This document shows, piece after piece, positions 16,462 to 25,296 of a stretch of DNA of 39,461 bases; the stretch's first letter is position 1, and each line of letters starts with the position of its first letter. The position numbers were made by a program, and so were the translations under genes. The notes under the pieces were generated by a model. The model was not told the origin of the DNA, made no database searches, and worked only from the letters and a program-made list of their open reading frames with translations. This DNA comes from Actinomycetes bacterium (GTDB taxonomy: Bacteria > Actinomycetota > Actinomycetes > Propionibacteriales > Nocardioidaceae), in contig JAHEXN010000002.1 in assembly GCA_023252095.1 (NCBI GenBank), positions 1 to 39,461 of the forward strand, given 5' to 3'.

Positions 16462-18831
16462 TCAATACTCCCTCACGACGTCCTTCGGCTCCAGGTCCGT
16501 CCGGACGCCTTTCCAGACGGGGTGCCGCAGGTGGCCGTCGCCGGTGAGCTCGGCGTAGGTGACCTCGCCGACGATCCGCGGCGTGACCCAGCGCGCGTCG
16601 CGCGCGACGTCGCGGGGGACCTCGGTGAAGGGTGAGGTCTTGCGCTCGGAGCGCTCCAGACGCCCGGCGAGCTCCTCGAGGTCGCGCTCGCTGAAACCCG
16701 TGCCGACACGGCCGAGGTAGGTCAGGCCGCCGTCCTCGGGCAGGCCGACGAGCAACGAGCCGATGCCGCCCGAGCGGCGCCCGTTGCCGGGGCGCCAGCC
16801 GCCAATGACGACCGACTGCGAGCGCTGGTGCTTGATCTTGACCCACGAGCGGGTCCGACGACCCGCGAGGTACTTCGAGCCGACGCGCTTGGCCACGACG
16901 CCCTCGAGGCCGCGACCGCGGCTCTCCTCGACAGCCTTCGCGAGGGTGCCCGTGAACGCGGGTGGCACCTCCACGCCGTCGAGGTCGTCGAGCGCCAGCT
17001 CCGCCAGCTCCTCGCGTCGCCGTGCATACGCCAGGGACGTCAGGTCTCGGCCGCCCGCTCGCAGCACGTCGAACACGAGGAACCGCACCGGCACCTCCTC
17101 GCGCGCGGCGGCCACGTCGGCCGGCGCGCTGAGCTGGATGCGGCGCTGCAGCAGCCCGAAGTCGGGGGCGCCGTGCCTGCCCAGGGCTACGATCTCGCCG
17201 TCGAGCACGATCGGCTCGCCGGGTGCGATCGTGGCGAGCGCCTCGGTCACCTCGGTGTAGGTGCCCGCCACCTGGCGCCCGGTTCGGCTCAGGAGCGACA
17301 CGTCACCGCCGTCCAGCACGGCGATCGTGCGCACGCCGTCCCACTTCATCTCGAACGCCCAGTCGTCGCCGGACAGGTCGTCGGCGGTGCCGGGGCTCGC
17401 CAGCATCGGCTCGACCGCCAGCTTCGTGAGCGAGGCCCGCTCGCCGACCCCGGCCGGCGCCATGACGTGTGCAAGCCAGCTCTTGCCGGTCCGCACGAGA
17501 GCCAGTCGACGGGGTCCTCCGGCGAGACCTCCGTCGCGGCTGCCGCGCAGGGTCACGATGACCTCGCCGTCGTTCCACTTCTCGGTGTCGTACTCGCCCG
17601 TGTCCCAGATCAACGACTCGCCGGCCCCGTACTCGCCCTTCGGGATCGTGCCCTCGAACGTCGCGTACTCGAGCGGGTGGTCCTCGGTGGGCACCGCGAG
17701 TCGGTTCCGCCTCGGGTCGTCGGGGATGCCCTTGGGCAGGGCCCAGCAGCGCAGCACGCCGTCGCGCTCGAGCCGGAGGTCCCAGTGCAGGCTGCTCGCG
17801 TGGTGCTCGTGGACGACGAACAGGCGGCCCTCGCCGGAGCCCTGGGGAGCGGGAGCGGCCGGGACCGGCTCGGGCGTGCGGCGGGCGTCGCGCTTGGACC
17901 GGTACTCGCGCAGGAGGTCGGTCTCGCCAGCCTCGGACGCCCCCGCCTCGTGGCCGAGCGGCGCCATGGGGTCCTTGCGCCGCTTCATCCTGGCCAGCAC
18001 CTCGTCCATCCGCAGGTGCCGGAGATCGGGGTCGTTCAGCTCGCGCCACGTTCGGGGGACCGCGACGAAGGGCTCGTCGCGTCCGCGCAGCGAGTACGGG
18101 GCGACGGTCGTCTTGTTGCCGTTGTTCTGGCTCCAGTCGACGAGCACCTTGCCCTGGCGGTCGGTCTTGCGCATCGACGAGACCACGAGATCGGGCAGCT
18201 GCTCCTCGAGCGCCTGGGCCAGTCGCTTCGCGAAGGCGTTGATCGCCTCGGAGTCGTTCGATCCGTCCAGGGCGGCGTAGAGGTGGATGCCCTTGCTGCC
18301 GCTCGTGACGGGGTATGGCTCGAGCCCGATGTCCTTCAGGAGCGTCCTGGCGTGCTTCGCGACCTCGACGCACTCCGGGAGCCCGACCCCCGGGCCGGGG
18401 TCGAGGTCGAGCACCAGCCGGTCGGGGTTCTCGTGCGTGCCGTCGGGACCGACGCGCCACTGCGGCACGTGCAGCTCGAGCGCGGCGACCTGCCCCGCCC
18501 ACGCGAGCGCGGCGGGCTCCTCGAAGCGCGGGTAGGTCGTGCGGTGGTTCTTGTGGGCGATCTCCACGCGAGGGATCCAGTCAGGTGCGGAGTCGGGGAG
18601 GTTCTTCTCGAAGAAGACCTCCCCGGGCTTGCGCTCGGTGCCGACGCCGTCGACCCAGCGCTTGCGGGTCAGGATGCGTCCGGTGACGTGGGGGAGCAGG
18701 TACGGGGCGATCTCGACGTAGTACCGGATGACGTCGGCCTTCGTCGTGCCCGTCGCCGGGTAGAGGACCTTGTCGGGATGGGTCAGCCGGAGCTGACGCC
18801 CGCCGATCTCGGTCGTGAGGGCCGATGCCAC
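16462..18831 (-). CDS. ligD: NHEJ DNA ligase D (polymerase-phosphoesterase-ligase)
   Basis: HPDKVLYP/TKADVIRYY and TSGSKGIH (Pol), HHASSLHWDLRLE (PE), EMKWDG and EGVVAK (ligase). Confidence 0.95.
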   Translation of the reverse strand: MASALTTEIGGRQLRLTHPDKVLYPATGTTKADVIRYYVEIAPYLLPHVTGRILTRKRWVDGVGTERKPGEVFFEKNLPDSAPDWIPRVEIAHKNHRTTYPRFEEPAALAWAGQVAALELHVPQWRVGPDGTHENPDRLVLDLDPGPGVGLPECVEVAKHARTLLKDIGLEPYPVTSGSKGIHLYAALDGSNDSEAINAFAKRLAQALEEQLPDLVVSSMRKTDRQGKVLVDWSQNNGNKTTVAPYSLRGRDEPFVAVPRTWRELNDPDLRHLRMDEVLARMKRRKDPMAPLGHEAGASEAGETDLLREYRSKRDARRTPEPVPAAPAPQGSGEGRLFVVHEHHASSLHWDLRLERDGVLRCWALPKGIPDDPRRNRLAVPTEDHPLEYATFEGTIPKGEYGAGESLIWDTGEYDTEKWNDGEVIVTLRGSRDGGLAGGPRRLALVRTGKSWLAHVMAPAGVGERASLTKLAVEPMLASPGTADDLSGDDWAFEMKWDGVRTIAVLDGGDVSLLSRTGRQVAGTYTEVTEALATIAPGEPIVLDGEIVALGRHGAPDFGLLQRRIQLSAPADVAAAREEVPVRFLVFDVLRAGGRDLTSLAYARRREELAELALDDLDGVEVPPAFTGTLAKAVEESRGRGLEGVVAKRVGSKYLAGRRTRSWVKIKHQRSQSVVIGGWRPGNGRRSGGIGSLLVGLPEDGGLTYLGRVGTGFSERDLEELAGRLERSERKTSPFTEVPRDVARDARWVTPRIVGEVTYAELTGDGHLRHPVWKGVRTDLEPKDVVREY

Positions 18832-18832
18832 G

Positions 18833-19774
18833 TCACGCCGACTTCTTCTTGGCGGCGGTCTTCTTGGCCGCCGTCTTCTTCGTGGTGGCCTTCTTGGCGG
18901 TCGTCTTCTTCTTCGCCGCGGTCTTCTTGGCCGGAGCCTTCTTCGCTGCCGTCTTCTTCGTTGCCGTCGTCTTCGCGGCGGGCTTCGTGACGTTGGTCTT
19001 CTTCTTCGACAGGCTCCGCTCCAGCGCGTCCATCAGGTCGATCACGTTGTCGCCGGCGTCATCACCGCTGTCGTCGGTCACCAGCACCTCGGCGTCATCG
19101 CCCTTCTCGAGCTTCTGGGCGATCAGGTCGCGCAGCTGCTCCTGGTACTCGTCGGTGAACGCGCCCGGGTCGAAGTCGTCGGACATCGACTCCACGAGCT
19201 GCGAAGCCATGTCGCGCTCGCGCTGCGAGATCTTCGGGGTGGAGCCCAGCACCTCGAACGCCGGGGAGCGGACCTCGTCGTCCCACAGCATGGTCTGCAG
19301 CACGAGGACGTCGCCACGCACGCGCAGGGCGGCCAGGCGGGTCTTGCGCCGCAGGGCGAAACGCACGATCGCGGTGCGGTCGGTGTCCTCGAGTGCGCGT
19401 CGCAGGAGGGTGTACGGCTTCAGGGCCTTGTCCTCCGGCTCGAGGAAGTAGGCCTTGTCGAGCCGGAGGATCTCGACCTGGTCGGCCGGCACGAACTCCA
19501 CGACCTCGATCTCGTGGTCGCGCTCGGCGGGGAGCAGCTCGAAGTCCTCGTCGCTCAGCACGACGCGGCGACCGCCCTCCTCGTAGGCGCGGTCGATGTC
19601 CTCGTACGGCACGACCTTGCCGCACTCCTCGCACCGTCGCTGGTACTTGATGCGGCCGCCGTCCTCGGCGTGCACCTGGTGCAGGGGGAGGTCGTGCGAC
19701 GAGGTCGCGCTGTAGACCTTCACGGGGACCGAGACCAGCCCGAAGCTGATGGCGCCCTTCCAGATCGCTCGCAT
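18833..19774 (-). CDS. ku: NHEJ Ku protein with Lys/Ala-rich C-terminal tail
   Basis: MRAIWKGAISFGLVSVPVK, NVIDLMDALERS, (T)AAKK repeats. Confidence 0.95.
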   Translation of the reverse strand: MRAIWKGAISFGLVSVPVKVYSATSSHDLPLHQVHAEDGGRIKYQRRCEECGKVVPYEDIDRAYEEGGRRVVLSDEDFELLPAERDHEIEVVEFVPADQVEILRLDKAYFLEPEDKALKPYTLLRRALEDTDRTAIVRFALRRKTRLAALRVRGDVLVLQTMLWDDEVRSPAFEVLGSTPKISQRERDMASQLVESMSDDFDPGAFTDEYQEQLRDLIAQKLEKGDDAEVLVTDDSGDDAGDNVIDLMDALERSLSKKKTNVTKPAAKTTATKKTAAKKAPAKKTAAKKKTTAKKATTKKTAAKKTAAKKKSA

Positions 19775-19818
19775 GCCTCAGTGAACCGCGAAGTCAGGCC
19801 GGGCGCACCATGTCGGGC

Positions 19819-20001
19819 TCACTCCGACGCCGACTCCATGGGCTCGTCGGGGCGTCCTTCGTCGTCGAGCTCGCTGGCGTCGGGCGAGGGCTGGGTCGGC
19901 GCCTGGTCGGTGTCGGGCTCGGTGTCGGGCGAGGTCTTCGGGTCGACCGGCGCGTGGCCGTCGGTGCCGGGGCCGGCGTCAGGGTGTGAGGGCGTGCTCA
20001 T
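19819..20001 (-). CDS. small acidic Pro/Asp-rich hypothetical protein, 60 aa, upstream of ku
   Basis: GAAGGAG SD before ATG 20001; GGGTAC promoter upstream. Confidence 0.65.
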   Translation of the reverse strand: MSTPSHPDAGPGTDGHAPVDPKTSPDTEPDTDQAPTQPSPDASELDDEGRPDEPMESASE

Positions 20002-20037
20002 GAGGGCTCCTTCGGTCGGTTTCAGGACGGCGAGGGA

Positions 20038-20095
20038 GTACCCGCGTCGAGGCCCTTCACGCGGTCGGGTGCATGAACGTCCGAGCACGGGGTAC
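20038..20095. promoter_or_regulatory. back-to-back SigB/F-type promoters: GTGA-N13-GGGTAC (minus, 20060-20038) and ATGA-N13-GGGTAC (plus, 20073-20095)
   Basis: Both copies read directly, same spacing. Confidence 0.72.
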
Positions 20096-20104
20096 TGCCC
20101 GGCC

Positions 20105-20323
20105 ATGAGCAACTTCACCGATGACCAGCTGGAGGCGATCCAGAACGTCGTGAACCACGTCGGCAGCTACCAGGACGGGGCGCCCTCGGGCACCGTCAAG
20201 GAGGAGCTGACCCGCGGGTTCGACGAGGCCGGTGTGACCGTGGAGGAGGGCCAGGTGGATCGACTTGCGCAGGCGATCGACAACGCCGACGGCACGATCG
20301 ACGCCGCCGACGTCCTGGGCTGA
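20105..20323 (+). CDS. small acidic hypothetical protein, 72 aa (MSNFTDDQLEAIQNVVNHVGSYQDGA...)
   Basis: Strong GC3 codon bias, ATG 10 nt after GGGTA, terminator immediately downstream. Confidence 0.78.
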   Translation: MSNFTDDQLEAIQNVVNHVGSYQDGAPSGTVKEELTRGFDEAGVTVEEGQVDRLAQAIDNADGTIDAADVLG

Positions 20324-20339
20324 CTCCGCACCACACCAT

Positions 20340-20380
20340 CGCGAACCCCGCACCCGAGACGACCGGGCGCGGGGTTCGCG
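20340..20380. terminator. hairpin terminator between convergent genes
   Basis: CGCGAACCCCGC...GCGGGGTTCGCG. Confidence 0.72.
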
Positions 20381-20383
20381 TCG

Positions 20384-20833
20384 TCAGGACGAGGAGACCG
20401 CCCTGCTGTACGCCTCGGCGAACGCCGTCAGGTCCGCCAGGAAGGTCGAGGCGCGCTCGACGGGAACGGCGTCGAGGGCCTGCTCGACGTAGCCGACGTG
20501 CCGATCGAACGAGCGGTTGAACAAGGCTCGGCCGGCGTCGGTGACGACCAGGGGTCGGGCGTGGTGCTCGTCGAGGTCGGCCCGTGCGAGCAGCCCTTCG
20601 CCAAGGGCGGCGTTGACCTGTCGGTTGACGGTCGACTGCTCGAGGCCCAGCTCGTCGGCGATCTGGCGCATCGTGCGGGGCTGCCCGTCGGAGAGCAGCC
20701 ACAGGAGCCGGCGGTCGGCGACGCGGACCTCGGCGACGTCCTCCGCGGCGCGTTGGGCCCGTTCCAGCATCGCGATCGCGATGATCGCCATGCCGGCCGG
20801 GGTCTCGCGCAGATCGTCGGTGACCCGACTCAT
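20384..20833 (-). CDS. MarR family regulator
   Basis: LLWLLSDGQPRTMRQIADELGLEQSTVNRQV...VTDAGR. Confidence 0.88.
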   Translation of the reverse strand: MSRVTDDLRETPAGMAIIAIAMLERAQRAAEDVAEVRVADRRLLWLLSDGQPRTMRQIADELGLEQSTVNRQVNAALGEGLLARADLDEHHARPLVVTDAGRALFNRSFDRHVGYVEQALDAVPVERASTFLADLTAFAEAYSRAVSSS

Positions 20834-20862
20834 AGGACTCCTCGGTAGTTCCTTGGTGCAAC

Positions 20863-20881
20863 GATGTGTATTCTACATATC
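20863..20881. promoter_or_regulatory. putative MarR operator
   Basis: AT-rich imperfect palindrome GATGTGTA-ttc-TACATATC between marR and the MFS gene. Confidence 0.55.
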
Positions 20882-20924
20882 AAGCATGCGTCTCGAGCAC
20901 GCCCAGACTTCCTGAAGGACCATC

Positions 20925-22397
20925 ATGAGTGCCACCCTCCCGACTCGGCGGGTCTTCCCGCCCTCGGCGATCATCGCCGTCCTGTGTCTCGGCAGCCTGT
21001 CCGGCGCCCTGATGCAGTCGCTCGTGATCCCGATCCAGAGCGAGCTTCCCGAGCTGCTGAACACCGACCCCGGCAGTGCGTCGTGGGCCATCACGGCCAC
21101 GCTGCTCGCCGCTGCGGTCACGATGCCGGTCAGCGGTCGCCTCGCCGACATGTACGGCAAGAAGCGCGTCCTCGTCGCGTCGGCCGCGATCCTCGCGGTC
21201 GGCTCGCTCGTCGCCGCGATGTCGAGCACGCTGGCGCCGTTCCTGACCGGCCGTGCCCTGCAGGGCGTCGCGATGGGGTACATCCCGGTCGCGATCAGCC
21301 TCGTCCGCGAGATCGCGCCGAAGGAGAAGGCCAACAGCGCCGTCGCCACGGTCAGCGCGACGCTCGGCGTCGGCGGCGCCCTTGGCCTCCCTCTGTCCGC
21401 CTGGATCGCCGACAGCTACTCGTGGCACGGGCTGTTCTGGCTCTCAACCGTGCTCGCGCTCGTGATCCTCGTGCTCACGATCGTGGTCGTGCCCCACGTG
21501 TCCGACGGTCACCCCGCGCACCTCGACGTCGTCGGCATCCTCGGTCTCGCCGTGGGGCTCAGCGCCGTCCTGATCGGCGTGAGCAAGGGGTCGAGCTGGG
21601 GCTGGAGCGACCCCGAGACGGTCGGCAGCATCGTCGGGGGACTCCTGGTGCTCCTCGCCTGGGGTGCCTACGAGCTCCGGCACGCCGATCCGCTGGTCGA
21701 CCTGCGGATCTCGGCGCGCCGGCCCGTGCTCTTCACCAACCTCGCCGCGGTGCTGATCGGCTTCGGCATGATGGCGCAGTCGATCGTCATGCCGCAGCTG
21801 CTGCAGCTGCCGGAGGCCACCGGGTTCGGCCTCGGCCAGACGATCCTGCAGGCGGGACTGTGGATGGCGCCCGCGGGCTTCATGATGATGCTGTTCGCGC
21901 CGGTCTCCAGCGGGCTGCTGACGAAGATCGGTGCTCGCATCACGCTGTCGATCGGTGCAATCGTCGTGAGCCTCGGCTACGTCGCCTCCCTTCTGCTGAT
22001 GGGTTCGCCGTGGCAGCTCATGATCGGTGCGCTGATCGGCTCTGCTGGTGTCGGCATCGGCTACGCGGCGATGCCCACGCTGATTCTCGACAACGTCCCG
22101 GCCCACGAGGCCGGCTCGGGTGTCGGCGTCAACGCGCTCATGCGCTCGGTCGGCACGACGATCGCCGGTGCCGTGATGGCGGCGATCCTCACGAGCAAGA
22201 CGATCGAGCTCGCTCCGGGGGCGTCGGTGCCCAGCGAGAGCGCGTTCCAGGTCTGCTTCGTCGTCGGTGCGGGTGCGGCGCTCGCCGGCGCGCTCGTGGC
22301 GCTGCTGGTGCCGCGCCTGCGCCGCCCCGACCCTGCCGCGCAGCAGCCCGCCGACGGTGACGCGGACGTCACGGAGGCCGTGCCCGTCGGCGCGTGA
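20925..22397 (+). CDS. MFS transporter (DHA2-like, about 14 TMS)
   Basis: SGRLADMYGKKRV motif A, GRALQG, DPLVDL. Confidence 0.9.
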   Translation: MSATLPTRRVFPPSAIIAVLCLGSLSGALMQSLVIPIQSELPELLNTDPGSASWAITATLLAAAVTMPVSGRLADMYGKKRVLVASAAILAVGSLVAAMSSTLAPFLTGRALQGVAMGYIPVAISLVREIAPKEKANSAVATVSATLGVGGALGLPLSAWIADSYSWHGLFWLSTVLALVILVLTIVVVPHVSDGHPAHLDVVGILGLAVGLSAVLIGVSKGSSWGWSDPETVGSIVGGLLVLLAWGAYELRHADPLVDLRISARRPVLFTNLAAVLIGFGMMAQSIVMPQLLQLPEATGFGLGQTILQAGLWMAPAGFMMMLFAPVSSGLLTKIGARITLSIGAIVVSLGYVASLLLMGSPWQLMIGALIGSAGVGIGYAAMPTLILDNVPAHEAGSGVGVNALMRSVGTTIAGAVMAAILTSKTIELAPGASVPSESAFQVCFVVGAGAALAGALVALLVPRLRRPDPAAQQPADGDADVTEAVPVGA

Positions 22398-22432
22398 ACC
22401 CTGCGCGCCTGAGGGTCGTCTAGCGTGTCCGC

Positions 22433-23602
22433 ATGACCGGAGGCCACGCGCACGCCGCCCCCGAGTCCCGGCGACTGCGCACCATCGCGCTCCTCGTCAT
22501 CGCGCCCATCGCGGTGCTGACGCTCGCGGCGATGCTGTGGCTCTGGCCGTCGGGCGACACCCAGGGCGCCGACGACGTCGCCGGCACGCAGGTCGCGGGC
22601 GAGGTCACGTCGATCGACCGCGTCACGTGCGAGGACGGCCTGACGGGAGAGACCAACGGGTGCGGCACGGCTCAGGTCCGGCTGCTCGAGGGCACGGGTT
22701 CCGGTCGCGGCGTCGAGGTCGACCTGCCGAACGGCAGCGGGGCGCCCGAGATCGGCGAGGGGGACTCGGTCGTCGTCCTCGTGAGCGACACGCCGGACGG
22801 CGACGTCTACTCCGTCGTCGACCAGCAGCGCGGTGCCGGGCTGAAGATCCTGGTGCTCGCCTCGGCGCTGGCCCTGTTCGCCTTCGGGCGCTGGCGCGGC
22901 GTCACGGCCCTCGTGGGCCTGGTCGTGACGTTCGGGGTGCTGCTCGGGTTCATCGTGCCGGCGATCCTCGACGGCGAGTCGCCGATCCTCGTGGCCCTCG
23001 TGGGGTCGGCGGCGATCATGCTGTCGGTCCTGTACCTGACGCACGGCTTCACCCTCGCGACGACCGTGGCGCTCGTCGGCACCGTCGCGAGCTTCGTGCT
23101 GACCGGCCTGCTCGCGTACGTCGCGGTGGCGGGGCTTCACCTGACGGGCGTCACGGACGACCTGTCGATGGCGGTCGGCATGAACTACGACATCGACATG
23201 CGCGGGCTGCTGTTGGCGGGCATCGTGATCGGCTCGCTCGGCGTGCTCGACGACATCACGGTGACCCAGGCCGCGACGGTCGGTGAGCTCGCCCGGGCCA
23301 ATCCGGGGTACGGCTTCCGGCAGCTCTACGGCGCCGCGAACCGCGTCGGGCGGGCCCACATCGCCTCGGTCGTGAACACGATCATCCTCGCCTACGCCGG
23401 GTCGTCGCTGCCGGTCCTCGTGCTCGTGGTGGCCGACAACGGCTCGCTCGCCGAGGCCGTCACCGACCAGTTCCTCGCGCAGGAGATCGTGCGCAGCCTC
23501 GTCGCGACGCTCGGCCTGATCGCGGCAGTGCCGATCACGACGGCCCTGGCAGCCGTGGCCCTGGGCCGGGTGCGCGACGAACCGGTCGCGGCTGCCGACT
23601 GA
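22433..23602 (+). CDS. YibE/F family membrane protein
   Basis: IGSLGVLDDITVTQA, HIASVVNTIILAYAGSSLP, AVPITT. Confidence 0.88.
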   Translation: MTGGHAHAAPESRRLRTIALLVIAPIAVLTLAAMLWLWPSGDTQGADDVAGTQVAGEVTSIDRVTCEDGLTGETNGCGTAQVRLLEGTGSGRGVEVDLPNGSGAPEIGEGDSVVVLVSDTPDGDVYSVVDQQRGAGLKILVLASALALFAFGRWRGVTALVGLVVTFGVLLGFIVPAILDGESPILVALVGSAAIMLSVLYLTHGFTLATTVALVGTVASFVLTGLLAYVAVAGLHLTGVTDDLSMAVGMNYDIDMRGLLLAGIVIGSLGVLDDITVTQAATVGELARANPGYGFRQLYGAANRVGRAHIASVVNTIILAYAGSSLPVLVLVVADNGSLAEAVTDQFLAQEIVRSLVATLGLIAAVPITTALAAVALGRVRDEPVAAAD

Positions 23603-23631
23603 CGGCGTGGAGCATCGAGAGAAGGATGCGA

Positions 23632-23680
23632 CGGTGTGCAGGCAACCTCCTGAGGGTCGCGAGAGGTTGCCTGCACACCG
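23632..23680. terminator. 18-bp perfect hairpin (terminator or REP-like)
   Basis: CGGTGTGCAGGCAACCTC-N13-GAGGTTGCCTGCACACCG. Confidence 0.6.
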
Positions 23681-23736
23681 CCCGCGCCTGATCTCGTCGC
23701 CTTGCGTCGTCAGGTGGCGTGGTTAGCGTGGGAGAC

Positions 23737-24408
23737 ATGACCTCTCGCAACGCACTCCTCGTCCTGACCAGCCACGACGACCTCGGTGGCGTGCGCAAGA
23801 CCGGCTACTTCGTCGGTGAGGCTGCGCACCCGTGGAAGGTCTTCACCGACGCCGGGTGGAACGTCGACATCGTCTCGATCGCCGGCGGGGTCCCGCCGGA
23901 GGACGGGCGTGACGAGGACGACGCCGTCCAGGTCGAGTTCCTCGAGAACGAGGCCGTGACGAAGCAGCTCGCCAACACGAGGCGGCTCTCCGAGGTCAGC
24001 GCCACCGACTACGACACGGTCTACTTCGTGGGTGGGCACGGCACCATGTGGGACTTCCCCAACGATCCCAGCGTCGCAGCGGTGGGCCGCACGATCTACG
24101 AGAACGACGGCGTCGTCGCGGCGGTCTGCCACGGACCGTCGGCACTGGCCGGCATCACGCTCAGCAGCGGCCGCTCGATCGTGGCCGGCAAGAAGGTCGC
24201 GGCGTTCACGAACGCCGAGGAGGAGGCGGCAGGCCTGACCGACGCCGTCCCGTTCCTGCTCGAGACCAGGCTGACCGAGCTCGGCGCCACGGTCGAGACC
24301 GGCCCGAACTTCACGGAGAACGTCGTCGTCGACGGACGCCTCGTGACGGGCCAGAACCCGCAGTCCGCCGCAGGTGTGGCGCGCGAGGTCGTCGAGTCCC
24401 TGCACTAG
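23737..24408 (+). CDS. DJ-1/PfpI family protein (Hsp31/glyoxalase III-like)
   Basis: LTSH..LG..KTGYF.GE..HP, GGHGTMWDF, AVCHGP, VTGQNPQS. Confidence 0.85.
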   Translation: MTSRNALLVLTSHDDLGGVRKTGYFVGEAAHPWKVFTDAGWNVDIVSIAGGVPPEDGRDEDDAVQVEFLENEAVTKQLANTRRLSEVSATDYDTVYFVGGHGTMWDFPNDPSVAAVGRTIYENDGVVAAVCHGPSALAGITLSSGRSIVAGKKVAAFTNAEEEAAGLTDAVPFLLETRLTELGATVETGPNFTENVVVDGRLVTGQNPQSAAGVAREVVESLH

Positions 24409-24420
24409 GACCCTCGCGCC

Positions 24421-25287
24421 TCAACGGCTCATGAAATCCGCGATGAGCCGAACCGCGCGGCGTCCCTCCGGAGTGAACGTCGCCGCCGGGTAGACGTGGA
24501 ACCCGCTCGGCTCGACGTGAAAGCTCAGGTCGACGCCCGCGTCGAGCGCGCGCTCGCAGAACTTGAGCGAGTCGGCGAGCAGCACGTCGTGCCCGCCCTG
24601 GAGCACGAGCGTGCGGGGGAGACCGGTGGGATCGGCGAAGATCGGGCTCACGCGGGTGTCCGTGACCTCGCGCGCACCGGCCCACTGCAGACCTGCCCAC
24701 GCGGCGCCGGGGATGTCGAGCATCGGGTCGACCTCGACGAGGCCCGGCGCGACCGGGTTGGACGCCGACGGGTCGAGCCACGGGGCGATCAGCACGAGCC
24801 CGTCGACCTGCTGGCCGTGCAGGGCCAGGCTCACCGAGAGACCGCCGCCCGCCGAGTCGCCGCCGAGGAACACGGGTCGACCCGCGGCGCGCTGGCGCAC
24901 GGCCTCGAGCACGGGCGGCACGAACGCGAACGCGTCGTCGACCGTGTGCTCGGGCGCCAGTCCGTAGAGCGGCACCGTGACGGTGGCGCCGGTCCGCGCG
25001 ACGATCTTGCCGAGGAACGCCCAGTGCGCCGGGATGATCGCCGCCACGTAGGCGCCGCCGTGCAGGTAGACGAGCTCGGTGCCGGTGCCCTTCGTCCGTG
25101 GGGTCAACGTGATGACCGGGAACCCGCCGACCGTCTCGGTCGTGACGTCGCACGTGCTGCGGACGCGCCGTGACACCTCGGCCGGGCCCTCGCGCTCGGC
25201 GACGCGCTTCTGCGCCGACTCGACGGAGGTGAGGGTCTTCGGCCGCCGCGCGAGCACGGCGCGGGCGAGAGACATGCTCAGCGACAT
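24421..25287 (-). CDS. alpha/beta hydrolase (HSL-like esterase)
   Basis: YLHGGAY, GDSAGG, DPML, FHVY. Confidence 0.88.
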   Translation of the reverse strand: MSLSMSLARAVLARRPKTLTSVESAQKRVAEREGPAEVSRRVRSTCDVTTETVGGFPVITLTPRTKGTGTELVYLHGGAYVAAIIPAHWAFLGKIVARTGATVTVPLYGLAPEHTVDDAFAFVPPVLEAVRQRAAGRPVFLGGDSAGGGLSVSLALHGQQVDGLVLIAPWLDPSASNPVAPGLVEVDPMLDIPGAAWAGLQWAGAREVTDTRVSPIFADPTGLPRTLVLQGGHDVLLADSLKFCERALDAGVDLSFHVEPSGFHVYPAATFTPEGRRAVRLIADFMSR

Positions 25288-25296
25288 GCGGTCAGG

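Noticed and set aside
16828-18990. 720-aa plus-strand ORF (also 36041-38122, 18815-20323 and other long overlapping ORFs)
   Set aside because: Antisense or off-frame shadows of real genes, expected at high GC; no recognisable motifs
18836-18995. CTTCTT(G/C) tandem-like repeats
   Set aside because: They encode the known Lys/Ala-rich Ku C-terminal tail and are not a separate element
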